Counted from the stretch's first letter, positions 16,845 through 27,450 are shown. The stretch is 64,000 bases of DNA from Nanobdellota archaeon (GCA_018901755.1 JAHIDZ010000004.1:4265-68264), one strand, 5' to 3'. Notes: generated by a model from the letters alone, not told the origin. Program-made: numbers and translations.

Positions 16845-19292
16845 GTGAGCACCATGGATGATAGCTATAAGCTTAAAAAATTGATTAAAGACCTCGAAGG
16901 AAGACGCGGTCGACATACAGAATTGATTAGTCTTTACATTCCTAAAGACTATTCATTGAATGAAATAAATAATCTTTTATCAAGTGAAATATCTTTAACT
17001 GAAAATGTTAAATCAAAACAAGTTAGAAATAATGTTACTGATGCTTTAAACAAAATAAGTCAACAGTTAAAACTTTACAAGAAAACACCACCAAATGGTT
17101 TAGCAATATTTTGCGGAAACGTATCAGAACAGGAAGGTAAAACAGATGTAAAGATATGGGTAGTTGAGCCACCGCAAGCAATAAACATAAAATTGTATTG
17201 GTGTGATCAAACTTTTGAATTAGCTCATCTTAGAGACATGGTTAAAGAAAAAGAAGTTTACGGACTTTTGATTATGGATACAAAAGAAGCAACCTTCGGA
17301 TTCTTGCAAGGTAAAAGTATTAAGGTTTTGAGACGATTAGATTCTATCGTACCTGGTAAGGTCGGTAAAGGAGGCCAATGCCACCCACTTAACACAAACG
17401 TTATGATGTTTAATGGAGACATTCAGCAAATAGGAAATTTGGATGCAAACTCTATTGTTAAGTCAGCTGATTTTGATAGCATGTTCATAACAGATTCACC
17501 TGTGCTTGATTTGTATAGAACTAGAAAATCATTATGTTATAAGATTATTACAAAATATCCTAGATTAGAAATAGAATCATCAAAGGATCATTTTTTCTTT
17601 GTTCTTAAAGATGGTGAAATAATTGAAAAGCCGGCCGAAGAACTAAAAGTTGGCGATATATTACTGATGCCAGAAAAAATAAATGTTTCTTCAGAAAATT
17701 CTGAACACGTTGATAAAGAAATCGCACAAATATTAGGATACTTCATTGGTGATGGAAACTATGATAAAAATAGACTCGTATTTTCAGAGTCTAATAAGAC
17801 GTTGGCGTTGTACTACAAAGAAATGATGGAAGATAAATTCAATAATTATTGTGGTTTCAGATACAGAAAACAAAAGAACTATTATGAGATAAAATGTTAT
17901 GGAAAAGACATTGTATCTTTGTTTAAAGAAAATTTCATAAAGGATAAAAAATCACTTAGTTGCACGATACCGTCCATTATACTAAAATCAAATAATGAAA
18001 TGATTGCTTCATTTTTTAGAGGGCTTTTTGATGCAGATGGATATGTTTCATCTGACAGAATCGCATTAAGCCTGAATAATAAAAGATTAATACAGCAGGT
18101 GCAGTTGTCTCTTTTGCGCTTCGGAATATTATCTTCTTTTAAGGAATATAACAATAGACAAAATCCATATTCAAAAAATCATAGATTTACTGTTGAAATT
18201 ACTGAGAAGAAATCAGCGCAGTTATTCAAAAAGTTTATTAATTTTTCATCGGAAAGGAATACAATAAAAGTAGATAAGATGATAGAACAGACATCTGATA
18301 GAAGTTTAGAACGACAGGTTTTAGTAGATGGCAAGCGAGTCAAAGACATTATAATTAATAATAAATTAGAGTTAAAGAATTTTGTAACTGCCAACATGTT
18401 TTTAAACGGAAAAAGATGTATGAGTAAGAACGTATTTGAGAAAAGAATATTAAGTCAGATAAATGATGAAAAGCTATTATCTGAATTTAAAGCTGTTTTA
18501 GATGTTCCGATACTTCCTGTAGTAATAAAAGAGATAAGTATACAAAGGAAACCTCAGAAAATGGCAGATATCGCAGTTAAGCATCAAAACTTCATAGCAA
18601 ACTGCGTTTTTGTCCACAATTCGCAACAACGTTTCGAAAGAGTTCGTGAAGGATTAATAAATGATTTTTATAAAAAGATAGCTGAAAATGTAAAGAGCTT
18701 TTTTTCTATAGAAATCAAAGGTTTAATTATTGGTGGACCAGGACCGTCTAAATATAATTTCTATGACGGCGGATATCTTGAATTTGACATGAAAAAGAAA
18801 GTAATTGGAATAAAAGATATTGGATATACAGATGAACCAGGTTTAAATGAATTGGTAGAAAAGTCTGGAGACATACTTGCAGAATCAGCTGTTTCTAAAG
18901 AAAGAGAATTGGTTCAAAAATTTGTCGCTGAATTGCAAAAAGATTCAGGCATGGTAGCCTATGGAATAAAATCAGTTTTACATGCATTAGAAGCAGGCGC
19001 AGTTAAAATGATAATTATTACAGAGGATCTAGAATATTCGGAGATAGAATACCAATGTTCTTGTGGCGAATCAGGTGTTATGTTTGTCAGAAATGATGAA
19101 ATTAGCAAAGCGGTTTGTAAAAAATGTGGGCAGAAAATAAATCCTATGGGCGTACGAGATATGATAGAAGCATTTGATGATTTAACTAAAAAGTACGGAA
19201 CAGAAGTAGAGATTATATCGCGTTCTACTCGTGAAGGTGAACAGTTATATCAACTTGGTGGAATCGGTGCGATATTAAGATATAAATTATAA
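16845..19292 (+). CDS. prf1: peptide chain release factor aRF1 interrupted by an intein directly after the GGQ motif
   Basis: exteins give ~401-aa aRF1: '...IVPGKVGKGGQ' | 'SQQRFERVREG...'; intervening 414 aa start 'CHPLNTNVMMFNG' end 'CVFVHN'. Confidence 0.85.
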   Translation: MSTMDDSYKLKKLIKDLEGRRGRHTELISLYIPKDYSLNEINNLLSSEISLTENVKSKQVRNNVTDALNKISQQLKLYKKTPPNGLAIFCGNVSEQEGKTDVKIWVVEPPQAINIKLYWCDQTFELAHLRDMVKEKEVYGLLIMDTKEATFGFLQGKSIKVLRRLDSIVPGKVGKGGQCHPLNTNVMMFNGDIQQIGNLDANSIVKSADFDSMFITDSPVLDLYRTRKSLCYKIITKYPRLEIESSKDHFFFVLKDGEIIEKPAEELKVGDILLMPEKINVSSENSEHVDKEIAQILGYFIGDGNYDKNRLVFSESNKTLALYYKEMMEDKFNNYCGFRYRKQKNYYEIKCYGKDIVSLFKENFIKDKKSLSCTIPSIILKSNNEMIASFFRGLFDADGYVSSDRIALSLNNKRLIQQVQLSLLRFGILSSFKEYNNRQNPYSKNHRFTVEITEKKSAQLFKKFINFSSERNTIKVDKMIEQTSDRSLERQVLVDGKRVKDIIINNKLELKNFVTANMFLNGKRCMSKNVFEKRILSQINDEKLLSEFKAVLDVPILPVVIKEISIQRKPQKMADIAVKHQNFIANCVFVHNSQQRFERVREGLINDFYKKIAENVKSFFSIEIKGLIIGGPGPSKYNFYDGGYLEFDMKKKVIGIKDIGYTDEPGLNELVEKSGDILAESAVSKERELVQKFVAELQKDSGMVAYGIKSVLHALEAGAVKMIIITEDLEYSEIEYQCSCGESGVMFVRNDEISKAVCKKCGQKINPMGVRDMIEAFDDLTKKYGTEVEIISRSTREGEQLYQLGGIGAILRYKL
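17379..18620 (+). mobile_element. intein (Cys1, His-Asn end, Ser+1) with LAGLIDADG homing-endonuclease domain in aRF1
   Basis: residues 179-592; LAGLIDADG motifs 'ILGYFIGDGNY' and 'FFRGLFDADGYV'; terminal 'VHN|S'. Confidence 0.75.
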
Positions 19293-19303
19293 AAATAAAA
19301 AAA

Positions 19304-19780
19304 TTAAAGAAGTTCAACAATGTCTGCTGCATGTTTCAAAGAAGTAGCTAAACCTGGTGAAACACTTACCAAAATAGTTACTTTACCTTTTTCTTTAATC
19401 TTTTGGAATAAAGCAAGAAAATCTGCATCTCTTGTCGCGAGAGCAATAGCATCTACTTCTGGATTATTCAATGCTTCCATTGCATGAACAGCTATAGGTA
19501 CATCCACATCAGTTTTTTGTTCTGGGTCTCCTAAAGCAATTATAGTTTCAAAACCTTCATTTGCTACAGCTTCTATAAGTTTCTCTGGAGCAAATTGATT
19601 TAAAAAAACTTTTGCTATTACTATACGGCCGTGTTTTTCAACTCTATGTTTTAAATCTCTAAGATTTAGATTAAACTCTTTTCTTATCAAATTTGGTCCG
19701 TCGACGAAAAAGGCTATATTTGGTTTATTTATCAGCTTCTGTCTCATTAACGAAAAACTTTTTTTCATGTTTCCTAGCAA
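19304..19780 (-). CDS. NYN/LabA-like (DUF88) PIN-related domain protein
   Basis: 'IAFFVDGPNLIR' N-terminal D-G-x-N-L signature of NYN domains. Confidence 0.55.
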   Translation of the reverse strand: MLGNMKKSFSLMRQKLINKPNIAFFVDGPNLIRKEFNLNLRDLKHRVEKHGRIVIAKVFLNQFAPEKLIEAVANEGFETIIALGDPEQKTDVDVPIAVHAMEALNNPEVDAIALATRDADFLALFQKIKEKGKVTILVSVSPGLATSLKHAADIVELL

Positions 19781-19814
19781 AAAACCACCTACATATTCCT
19801 ATACTATAATAGAC

Positions 19815-20606
19815 TTAGATATTTAAATGTAAATCAAAAAACTTATTTGCGTTCAAACCGCATGTTTTCCATATAGTGTTAAAATCTATATCTCTTTCTT
19901 CAGCTATTTTCTCAGCTATTAATTTTATTGTTAGCGAATCATTACGCGCGTCAGTGTCTAATGAGTATCCTTTTTTAGTTTTTTTAATTGCTAGCCATGG
20001 AGCATCTGTTTCTAACATTAGATGATCCAGGGGAATTTTCTTAATAACCTTTCTGTAAGATTTGCTACTCATTATTATCGAATTCATCGAAACATAATAA
20101 CCAAGTTTATTTACTTTATCCATTAGAGCATGCCCGCCCCACATATGTAATAGAACTTTTTTGGCGTTTTCAGTTTCTAGTATTTTTAGAGTTTCTTCTA
20201 AAGCGTCTCTAGCATGTATGACAATTGGTTTGTCTAATTCTTTAGCAAGTTTTATCATTTTAATAAAGAGAGCTACTTGTTTTTCTCTCCAATAAGGTTC
20301 TTTTATGTGCCAAATATCAAGTCCTATCTCGCCTATTCCAACCAAGACATTCTTATTTTTTCTTAGTATTTCTATGAAATCATCTATTTCTTTTTCTGTT
20401 AATTCTTTGATATATGTTGGATGAATTCCGGCGGTAGCAAAAACGTAATCTTTATACTTATTTACGATTTCTAAAGTTTTTTCAAAATCTTTAGGATGTG
20501 CACAAGAAGTTATTATTGCTTTTAATTCTTTTTTGCATTTTAGAATTATTTCATCTCTGTCTTTGTCATAATCTTTTTGTTCTAGGTGGCAATGGACATC
20601 AATCAT
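19815..20606 (-). CDS. tatD: TatD-family metal-dependent hydrolase/DNase
   Basis: 'MIDVHCHLE' N-terminal HxH, overall TIM-barrel TatD pattern. Confidence 0.85.
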   Translation of the reverse strand: MIDVHCHLEQKDYDKDRDEIILKCKKELKAIITSCAHPKDFEKTLEIVNKYKDYVFATAGIHPTYIKELTEKEIDDFIEILRKNKNVLVGIGEIGLDIWHIKEPYWREKQVALFIKMIKLAKELDKPIVIHARDALEETLKILETENAKKVLLHMWGGHALMDKVNKLGYYVSMNSIIMSSKSYRKVIKKIPLDHLMLETDAPWLAIKKTKKGYSLDTDARNDSLTIKLIAEKIAEERDIDFNTIWKTCGLNANKFFDLHLNI

Positions 20607-20670
20607 TTTTTAATCTGCCTACTAAATTTCTTTCTGTTCTTTTGAACTCCCCATAATCTTCGTTTACTTT

Positions 20671-21105
20671 TCATTTTAATCCTCTTGTTAATTTTCTTAA
20701 AATACTCTTATGATTATCGTGAGTCAATAGTTTTAAAGCTTCTCCTCTCGTTACCCAGCGATATTTATCGTGCTCATATCTATCTAATTTAATCTTTTCG
20801 ATAGTTGTTTCAATCAAAACAAATCGATGTTGGGCGCCATGGAATTTATGATGATCTTTCACATAATTTCGCGACCATTTAAATTTTATTGTATAGCATT
20901 TTGGGTGTATTTTATATTTTTTAAAACCGGTTTCTTCTTTCATTTCTCGTCTTAATCCTTTAGAAAAAGATTCTCCATCAAGTAACCCACCTTTTAACAA
21001 TTCCCATCCTTTCCAATTTCTTATTCTATGAAATATTAGAAACTTTAATCCGTCTGGCGTGCGTCTAAATATAAGCGATCCTACACCTTTCCTGTATTTA
21101 ATCAT
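20671..21105 (-). CDS. NUDIX hydrolase
   Basis: Nudix box 'GGLLDGESFSKGLRREMKEETGF' (Gx5Ex7REUxEExGU). Confidence 0.8.
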   Translation of the reverse strand: MIKYRKGVGSLIFRRTPDGLKFLIFHRIRNWKGWELLKGGLLDGESFSKGLRREMKEETGFKKYKIHPKCYTIKFKWSRNYVKDHHKFHGAQHRFVLIETTIEKIKLDRYEHDKYRWVTRGEALKLLTHDNHKSILRKLTRGLK

Positions 21106-21228
21106 ATAAGATTTAAAGGACGGTTAGTTAATAAATATTATGAAAATGGATAATATTTTATTTTTACGCATGACATTTAAAAAATAATTTAGAGAAAGGC
21201 ATTTAACTTAGCATCACTAATTATATTA

Positions 21229-22446
21229 ATGTGGCCGTTTAACAAAATATTAAAAAAGAAAGAAGCGCAGCAAGAGAAACCCCATAAAGAAAAGACAATC
21301 GATGAAATATTAACAAATGTGCAAGAAATAAAGAAAAATGAGACGGCCAAAATATCAGCCAAATCTTCAGTTATCATAGAGAATATAGCGAAAGAAAGAA
21401 AATCCTTGATAGATATTATTAATGAAATAAAATCTTCTGAGATAAATAGCACAGAAGGCAGTATAAAAAAAGTAATAGAGGCATCCAGGCACAAATTTAT
21501 ATCTGTGATGCCAGTAGAAACCATATTGATACCAAAAGAGGCGACTCTTTCTTCAATAAGAGACATGAATAATAGCCTAGCCGAATTATTTAGCGCTGTT
21601 GCCATAAATAGAAAAAATCTTTATTATGTTTCAATAGCTTTTCCTGAAAAAATGAAGGAAATAAAGCGAATATTGATATCGTTTGAGAGCAATGCGAAGG
21701 CAATAAAAATTCTGACAGAGTCTGATATCTTTAGAAAAGTTCATTTAATAGAACAGCATGCAAAAGTTATCCAAGAGTTTGAGAGCAAGAACATCGGAAT
21801 AGAGAATCAGATAAAGGATATTAAGAATAACATAACAGTTATCGAAGACAGGTCAGAAAAAGCGAAGAGAGATATTGAAAAATTAAAGTCGAGCAAAGAA
21901 TATATCGAATATTTAAATAGTATTAGAAAAGCGAAGGAATATGAGAGAGAGCTTGAAAAAATAAAAACAATAATGTTAAATTATTTGTCGCCTTTGTGTA
22001 AGCCTCTTAAGAAGTTTGGAAGAACGATTGCTGTTAAAAAGAGATTAGATCTAATAAATTCATTTATTGAAGATCCTCTGATTACTACAGAAAAATATGA
22101 AGAATTAAAAAAACTATTTTTTGATTTGATAGAATTCATAAGTAAAGATGAGACACCAATAGATGAGAAAGAAAAGCGCGTAAAAAATATAAAAATTATT
22201 GTTGAGACAGATGCACTAACCAAGAATATATCAAGATATAGAGAGATATTTAAACTTATGAACGAACAAAAAAGAAATTTTTCTGTCCTGAGCAGAATTG
22301 ATGAACTTGAAAAAGAAATATCTTACGTCAGCAAAATACCAAGCATGGAGAAAGAAGCATGTGAGTTAGAAAAAATAATCATCAAGAATAAAGAAACTAT
22401 ATCAGATTCGAAGAACAAATTAAAAAACACATTTCAAAGTATTTAA
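21229..22446 (+). CDS. 405-aa K/E/I-rich coiled-coil protein, hypothetical
   Basis: long heptad-like low-complexity helices, no recognisable catalytic motif. Confidence 0.35.
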   Translation: MWPFNKILKKKEAQQEKPHKEKTIDEILTNVQEIKKNETAKISAKSSVIIENIAKERKSLIDIINEIKSSEINSTEGSIKKVIEASRHKFISVMPVETILIPKEATLSSIRDMNNSLAELFSAVAINRKNLYYVSIAFPEKMKEIKRILISFESNAKAIKILTESDIFRKVHLIEQHAKVIQEFESKNIGIENQIKDIKNNITVIEDRSEKAKRDIEKLKSSKEYIEYLNSIRKAKEYERELEKIKTIMLNYLSPLCKPLKKFGRTIAVKKRLDLINSFIEDPLITTEKYEELKKLFFDLIEFISKDETPIDEKEKRVKNIKIIVETDALTKNISRYREIFKLMNEQKRNFSVLSRIDELEKEISYVSKIPSMEKEACELEKIIIKNKETISDSKNKLKNTFQSI

Positions 22447-22498
22447 AAAATATCTGTTATAGAACCGTTATTAATAATAACCAAAATCATTATTAATT

Positions 22499-22852
22499 AT
22501 GAAGATAATCTTAGATACCAACTTTTTGATGGCTATCGTTCAATTTAAGATAGATATATTTGAACAATTAGCTGGAAATAGTCTATACACAATAGAATCA
22601 GTTATTAACGAACTAAAGGGACTATCTAAGGAAAAATCTAAAGACGGAACAGCCGCTAAAATAGCGTTAGATATTATCAAATCAAAAGGTTTAAAAATAT
22701 TAGAATCAAAGGATGTAGCAGACCTGTCACTTATCGATTATTCAAATAAAGGCTACATTATAGCTACACAAGATAAAGTTCTACAGAATAAGATTAAATC
22801 TTTGGGTGGAAAAAGTATATATATAAGGCAGAAAAAATATGTGATATTATGA
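22499..22852 (+). CDS. PIN-domain protein
   Basis: 'KIILDTNFLMAIV' N-terminal PIN acidic-Asp start, ~117 aa. Confidence 0.5.
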   Translation: MKIILDTNFLMAIVQFKIDIFEQLAGNSLYTIESVINELKGLSKEKSKDGTAAKIALDIIKSKGLKILESKDVADLSLIDYSNKGYIIATQDKVLQNKIKSLGGKSIYIRQKKYVIL

Positions 22853-23313
22853 ATTTAGATGTAACTCAAAAAGTAGATGAGGTATTTGTGTTTATTCAAA
22901 TATCCATGGGATCAAAAAGTTTCTATATACATGAAGATGGAAACTTAGTAATGTCTCAAACAGTAAATGCACCTTTTCCTGGAAATTATGGATTTTTACC
23001 AAAAACACATCACGATGATGCAGCACCATTAGATGCTATTGTTATATCTGAAGAACCATTATCGCCAGGATCATTAGTTAAAGCAAGACCTATCGGTGTA
23101 ATAAGACTTAAAGGACAGATAACAGATGACATTTTAATAGCTTCAGTGGGAAATATTAAAGACATATCAGAGCTTCCAATGAAGAAAATTAACGAGATAA
23201 CCAAGTATCTTGAAAGCTTTAAAAACCTTAAAACACTAAAGGTTTTAGATTGTGATTATGCAAAGAAAATAGTAGAACATGCAATAAAAAGATATAAAAA
23301 GGAGAATGAGTAA
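22849..23313 (+). CDS. ppa: inorganic pyrophosphatase (family I)
   Basis: 'PFPGNYGFLPKTHHDDAAPLDAIVI...ARPIGVIRLKGQITDDILIASV' aligns with PPase core (NYGFIP...DPLD...RPIG...DDKI). Confidence 0.75.
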   Translation: MNLDVTQKVDEVFVFIQISMGSKSFYIHEDGNLVMSQTVNAPFPGNYGFLPKTHHDDAAPLDAIVISEEPLSPGSLVKARPIGVIRLKGQITDDILIASVGNIKDISELPMKKINEITKYLESFKNLKTLKVLDCDYAKKIVEHAIKRYKKENE

Positions 23314-23913
23314 ATGTACCAAATTATAACAGTTAAAGACGAAGTATCAGTACCGCCAGTAAAATTCGATAAAGACTTGACTACATCAGTAATGGAATCT
23401 ATCGGAGAAAAAATGGAAGGTAAGATAGATAATGAATTAGGAGTTATATTAGCTGTAATGGATGTTGAAAATATTGGAGAAGGAAGAATACTTCCAGGAA
23501 ATCCATCTGTTCATTATCCAGTTGATTTTAAACTATTATGCTGGATGCCTAAAAATCAAGAAGTAGTAGAAGGTGAAATAGTTGATATCGCTGAGTTTGG
23601 AGCATTCGTAAGAGTAGGTGGTTTTGACGGATTAGTTCACATTTCTCAGGTAATGGATGATTTTGTAAGTTATGATGAAAAGAATGGTCAGCTTGTTGGA
23701 AAGCAATCAAAAAGAATGCTGAAAGAAGGAGACAAAGTTAGAGCAAGAATAATTTCTATTAGCTTTAAGGAAACAAATAAAATTGGTTTAACTATGAGAC
23801 AGCATTTGCTTGGAGCTATTAAGTGGGCAACAGCAGATGCTAAGGAAGCAGCTGAAGCTGAAAAGGTAGAAAAGAAAGAAGAGAAAAAAGTAGAGAAGAA
23901 GGGGAAGAAGTAA
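23314..23913 (+). CDS. rpoE: DNA-directed RNA polymerase subunit E' (Rpo7/RpoE) with S1 domain
   Basis: 'VEGEIVDIAEFGAFVRVGGFDGLVHISQVMDDFV' Rpo7 S1 signature; Lys-rich tail. Confidence 0.85.
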   Translation: MYQIITVKDEVSVPPVKFDKDLTTSVMESIGEKMEGKIDNELGVILAVMDVENIGEGRILPGNPSVHYPVDFKLLCWMPKNQEVVEGEIVDIAEFGAFVRVGGFDGLVHISQVMDDFVSYDEKNGQLVGKQSKRMLKEGDKVRARIISISFKETNKIGLTMRQHLLGAIKWATADAKEAAEAEKVEKKEEKKVEKKGKK

Positions 23914-24096
23914 ATGGCAGATAAAGCTTGTAGATTATGTCGTAGAATAGTGAAAGGAAATATATGTCCAGCCTGCAAAACAACCGAGTTAAGCAAGAAT
24001 TGGAAAGGAGTATTAGTAGTTTTAGATGCAGAATCTGAGATAGCAAAGAAGGCAGGAATAACAGCTCCTGGCAGATATGCAATTACGGTGAAATAA
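23914..24096 (+). CDS. spt4: Spt4/RNA polymerase subunit E'' zinc-ribbon
   Basis: 'KACRLCRRI...CPAC...WKGVLVVLDAESEIAKKAGITAPGRYAITV' Spt4 pattern. Confidence 0.8.
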   Translation: MADKACRLCRRIVKGNICPACKTTELSKNWKGVLVVLDAESEIAKKAGITAPGRYAITVK

Positions 24097-24097
24097 A

Positions 24098-24427
24098 ATG
24101 GATTTTCAAAAAGTTTCAGAAAAACATAACCAATTATTGAAAAGAAAAGATATAATTATTAAAATAAATTATGATGGAGCTACGCTAAGTAAAGCAGTAC
24201 TACAACAGACTTTAGCTAAAGAGTTCGGTGCAGAGCCAAATCATGTTGAAATAAGTAAAATAATTTCTGAAGTAGGTATTGATAAGGGAACCATATTTGT
24301 TAAAGTATGGGAAGCAAAAGAAATACCTATTTACGGCGCAAAGAAAGAAGAAGTATCAACCGAAGTTCCAGTCGAAGAATCTAAGAAAGAAGTTCCAAAG
24401 GAAGAATCAAAACCAGAGGGTGCATAA
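24098..24427 (+). CDS. rps24e: 30S ribosomal protein S24e
   Basis: '[34 protein letters not shown]' S24e pattern. Confidence 0.8.
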   Translation: MDFQKVSEKHNQLLKRKDIIIKINYDGATLSKAVLQQTLAKEFGAEPNHVEISKIISEVGIDKGTIFVKVWEAKEIPIYGAKKEEVSTEVPVEESKKEVPKEESKPEGA

Positions 24428-24428
24428 A

Positions 24429-24617
24429 ATGGCAGAATATATTGATCTATCCGGTAAGAAACACCAGTCTGTTAAAAGATGGACAAAATACAAAGATGGT
24501 AAAACAGAAAGTAGAATGTGTCCTAGATGCGGTCCTGGAACTTTACTAGCAGCACACAAAGATAGAGTTGCTTGTGGCAAATGTGGCTACGCCGAACGAG
24601 CTGTAAAAAAAGATTAA
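24429..24617 (+). CDS. rps27ae: 30S ribosomal protein S27ae (eS31) zinc ribbon
   Basis: '[11 protein letters not shown]...[24 protein letters not shown]'; listed ORF 24279-24617 starts too early, real start ATG 24429. Confidence 0.8.
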   Translation: MAEYIDLSGKKHQSVKRWTKYKDGKTESRMCPRCGPGTLLAAHKDRVACGKCGYAERAVKKD

Positions 24618-25792
24618 CTCTTGGTCCAAATGTAATTTACATTGATATATTTTCTTTTAACTAAATTCTTTTTCTGCATCGCTTTAAGATGTTGTCTTAT
24701 TGAAGAATAAGAATAATCAAGCCTGTTGGCAATTTGGATAGCGTTTGAAGGGTTTCTTTCTATTATACCCAAAATGTTATTATATATCACATCTGTTTTT
24801 CTGATTTTTATAGAAGTTCTGCTTTTCATAAGTTTTTCTAATTTTTTATATTGAGTGCCAAGAGTACAATTAGGAAATAATTTATATAATTTTTTGATGT
24901 CTTTATAAAATTTATTTATTGATTTATTAGATATGGTAAAATAATAGCATTTGCAACTTTTATTTAATCTTATAGGATTACAAATATAAAGACAATTTTC
25001 TGCCAGTTTCTTTATTTGAGATAACATTATTTTATTTGAACTGTTTAGTGTTATAACATCACGTATGTTCCCCTCATCCGATATGAATGCTACGACACAA
25101 GCTAATTTATTCATCTTACTTTTCCCTCTTAGTATTTTTTCAGGAATAATGGCTTTTTTAGAATGATATGAAGCGATATTATAATATTCGGAGATTATAT
25201 CGGTTATAGCTTTTGGAAATCTATATTGAGCTGATGACTTATTTTTACTTTTATATATCTTAACTTCAAAATTTCCGAAACAATTTTTTAATCTGCTAAT
25301 AAAATAATTCGCACATTTATTATCCTTTTGATCGTATGATGGAGTAAAGTCTCCCGCACTGCCATCTGCAAATAAATGGATTATAATACTTTCCAACTCC
25401 GGCGTTATTTCCACAGGCAACTTGGGTGTACTTACAATTTTCCCTTTACCACCAGATCTATAACTTATTATATTTTTATGAGTCTGTTTTATACTTATTC
25501 TGTTTAATTTTTTAAGCTCGCAAATGACCCATAGAGGCATAAATTTTGGATGCATGATATTTGTTCTCATATCTCGTTTCTTTCCTTTTAACCAATATTT
25601 GACATCGCCTCCATTGAATTTGGAGTTGATGTTGTATTTCTCGGATTTCTTATTTATCCAGAGAGCAAGTTCATAATAATTTTTTAATTTCAATTTTCTA
25701 ATAGAAAAATCTATTAGATGTTTTTTAAATTCTTCCTTTAGGGATACGTAAATTTTTGTTTTTGGGAACGCGTTAATTGTTATTTTATACAT
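24614..25792 (-). CDS. free-standing LAGLIDADG-like protein with C-terminal winged-helix (paralog of 12874-14322)
   Basis: '[14 protein letters not shown]' and '[15 protein letters not shown]' = two LAGLIDADG-like motifs with acidic residues retained; C-terminal '[36 protein letters not shown]' wHTH. Confidence 0.5.
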   Translation of the reverse strand: MYKITINAFPKTKIYVSLKEEFKKHLIDFSIRKLKLKNYYELALWINKKSEKYNINSKFNGGDVKYWLKGKKRDMRTNIMHPKFMPLWVICELKKLNRISIKQTHKNIISYRSGGKGKIVSTPKLPVEITPELESIIIHLFADGSAGDFTPSYDQKDNKCANYFISRLKNCFGNFEVKIYKSKNKSSAQYRFPKAITDIISEYYNIASYHSKKAIIPEKILRGKSKMNKLACVVAFISDEGNIRDVITLNSSNKIMLSQIKKLAENCLYICNPIRLNKSCKCYYFTISNKSINKFYKDIKKLYKLFPNCTLGTQYKKLEKLMKSRTSIKIRKTDVIYNNILGIIERNPSNAIQIANRLDYSYSSIRQHLKAMQKKNLVKRKYINVNYIWTKS

Positions 25793-25915
25793 TTTTATAT
25801 TTTGTTATCTAAGCTAATAAATGTTGCGGTAAATGTATAATTATAGAGAAGTATATAAAGAAATACCTTTCTAAGTAGTCATTATAATTATAAAGCTTGA
25901 ATTATAAATATTAAC

Positions 25916-26392
25916 ATGATAAACGAAGAAGAAAAATTAAAAAATTATATCAAAGAACATGATATAAAAGCAGAGCATTTACACTTTAATAAAACTCTTC
26001 ATACAGTTCAAGATACACTAAATGTAACTGGGTTTCCCATAGAACTTATTACAAAGAGTATGATATTCAAAGATAAAACAGACAGAACTATCGTAGGAAT
26101 GGCTCCTGCCGAATTTCGTGTTAGCCAGTCAGGTCTATCTAAAGTTCTTGGTGTTGAGGTGAGTTTCTGTTCAGTAGAAGAATCTTATGAGAGAACAGGA
26201 TATCCTATTGGCGGTATGCCATGCTTTGGATATGACGCTATTGTAATTATGGATCCTAAGATTTTAGAGAATAAGTATATCTATACGGGTGGTGGTTCTG
26301 AATTTTCACTGGTTAAAATCTCTGTAGATGAAATTAAAAGACTCATTAAGCCAATTATTAAAGGTAGAATAAGAGGAAATAAATCTAATTAA
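25916..26392 (+). CDS. YbaK/ProX-type aminoacyl-tRNA deacylase domain protein
   Basis: size and 'GYPIGGMPCFG' motif typical of YbaK/ProX editing domain. Confidence 0.6.
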   Translation: MINEEEKLKNYIKEHDIKAEHLHFNKTLHTVQDTLNVTGFPIELITKSMIFKDKTDRTIVGMAPAEFRVSQSGLSKVLGVEVSFCSVEESYERTGYPIGGMPCFGYDAIVIMDPKILENKYIYTGGGSEFSLVKISVDEIKRLIKPIIKGRIRGNKSN

Positions 26393-26470
26393 ACATTTAA
26401 TAATAAATGAAAATATAAGAGTAAGACCAAATGCAATTAGGAGAATAAAACAAAAGATGGTGATAAAAAA

Positions 26471-27450
26471 ATGATATGTTTGGGCATCGAAAGTACTGCA
26501 CATTAAACAGCAGAAATACGTTCGGTGTTGGAATAATAGATGATAGCAAGATTTTAAGTAATGTCAAAGCTGTTTATGTTCCACTAAAAGGTGGTATAAT
26601 ACCAAGAGAACTGGTGGGACATCATTGTGACAAAGCTAAAGAAATCCTAGAGAAGGCACTAAAAGAAGCAAACATTAAACTTTCTGATATAGAAGTTATA
26701 GCTTTTTCAGCTGGACCAGGTATGCCTCCTGCTTTGAAAGTTGGAGCTGCGATAGCTAGATATTTGGCTCTGAAACTGAATGTGCCAATAATACCTACAT
26801 CGCATTGCATCGGCCATATAGAAATTGGTAAACTTATGACAGGTGCTAAAGATCCAGTTACACTTTATGTTTCAGGTGGTAACACACAAACAATTGCATT
26901 TACAGAAGGTCGTTATCGCGTGTTTGGTGAAACGCAGGATCAGGGAGTTGGAAATATATTTGATCATTTTGCTAGAGAAGCAGGGCTTCAACACCCAGGT
27001 GGACCTAAGATAGAAGCGCTTGCTAAAACTGGTAAATGGATTGAAATGCCTTACGTAGTTAAGGGGATGGACGTATCATTTTCAGGAATAATGACAAATG
27101 CAATTAAAAAATTAAAAACAGAAAAACTTGAAGATTTGTGCTATTCGTTACAAGAAACTTGTTTTGCAATGCTCACTGAGACGGTGGAAAGAGCTTTAGC
27201 ACATACAGATAAAACTGAAGTTCTATTGACAGGTGGAGTGGCCGCTAACTCGCGATTAAAAGAAATGCTAGATATAATGTGCAAAGAACGCGGAGCTAAA
27301 TTGTTTGCAGTGCCTAGAGAATTTTCAGGAGATAATGGTTGTCAGATTGCAGTAGCTGGTTTAATGATGCATAAAGCTGGCGTTAAATTTGAAGATACAA
27401 AGATAAACAGATTCTGGAGAACAGACGATGTAGATATTCCTTATCTTTAA
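26471..27450 (+). CDS. kae1: KEOPS tRNA t6A synthase Kae1, with N-terminal frameshift
   Basis: near full-length colinear match to archaeal Kae1 ('HCIGHIEIGK','LYVSGGNTQ','GETQDQGVGN'); canonical N-terminus 'MICLGIESTAH' is in frame from ATG 26471 but hits TAA at 26504, body continues in -1 frame from 26476. Confidence 0.85.

Noticed and set aside
24279-24617. 112-aa ORF overlapping the end of S24e
   Set aside because: Only the last 62 codons (from ATG 24429, [11 protein letters not shown]...) match S27ae. The upstream extension is a frame overlap with the rps24e 3' end.
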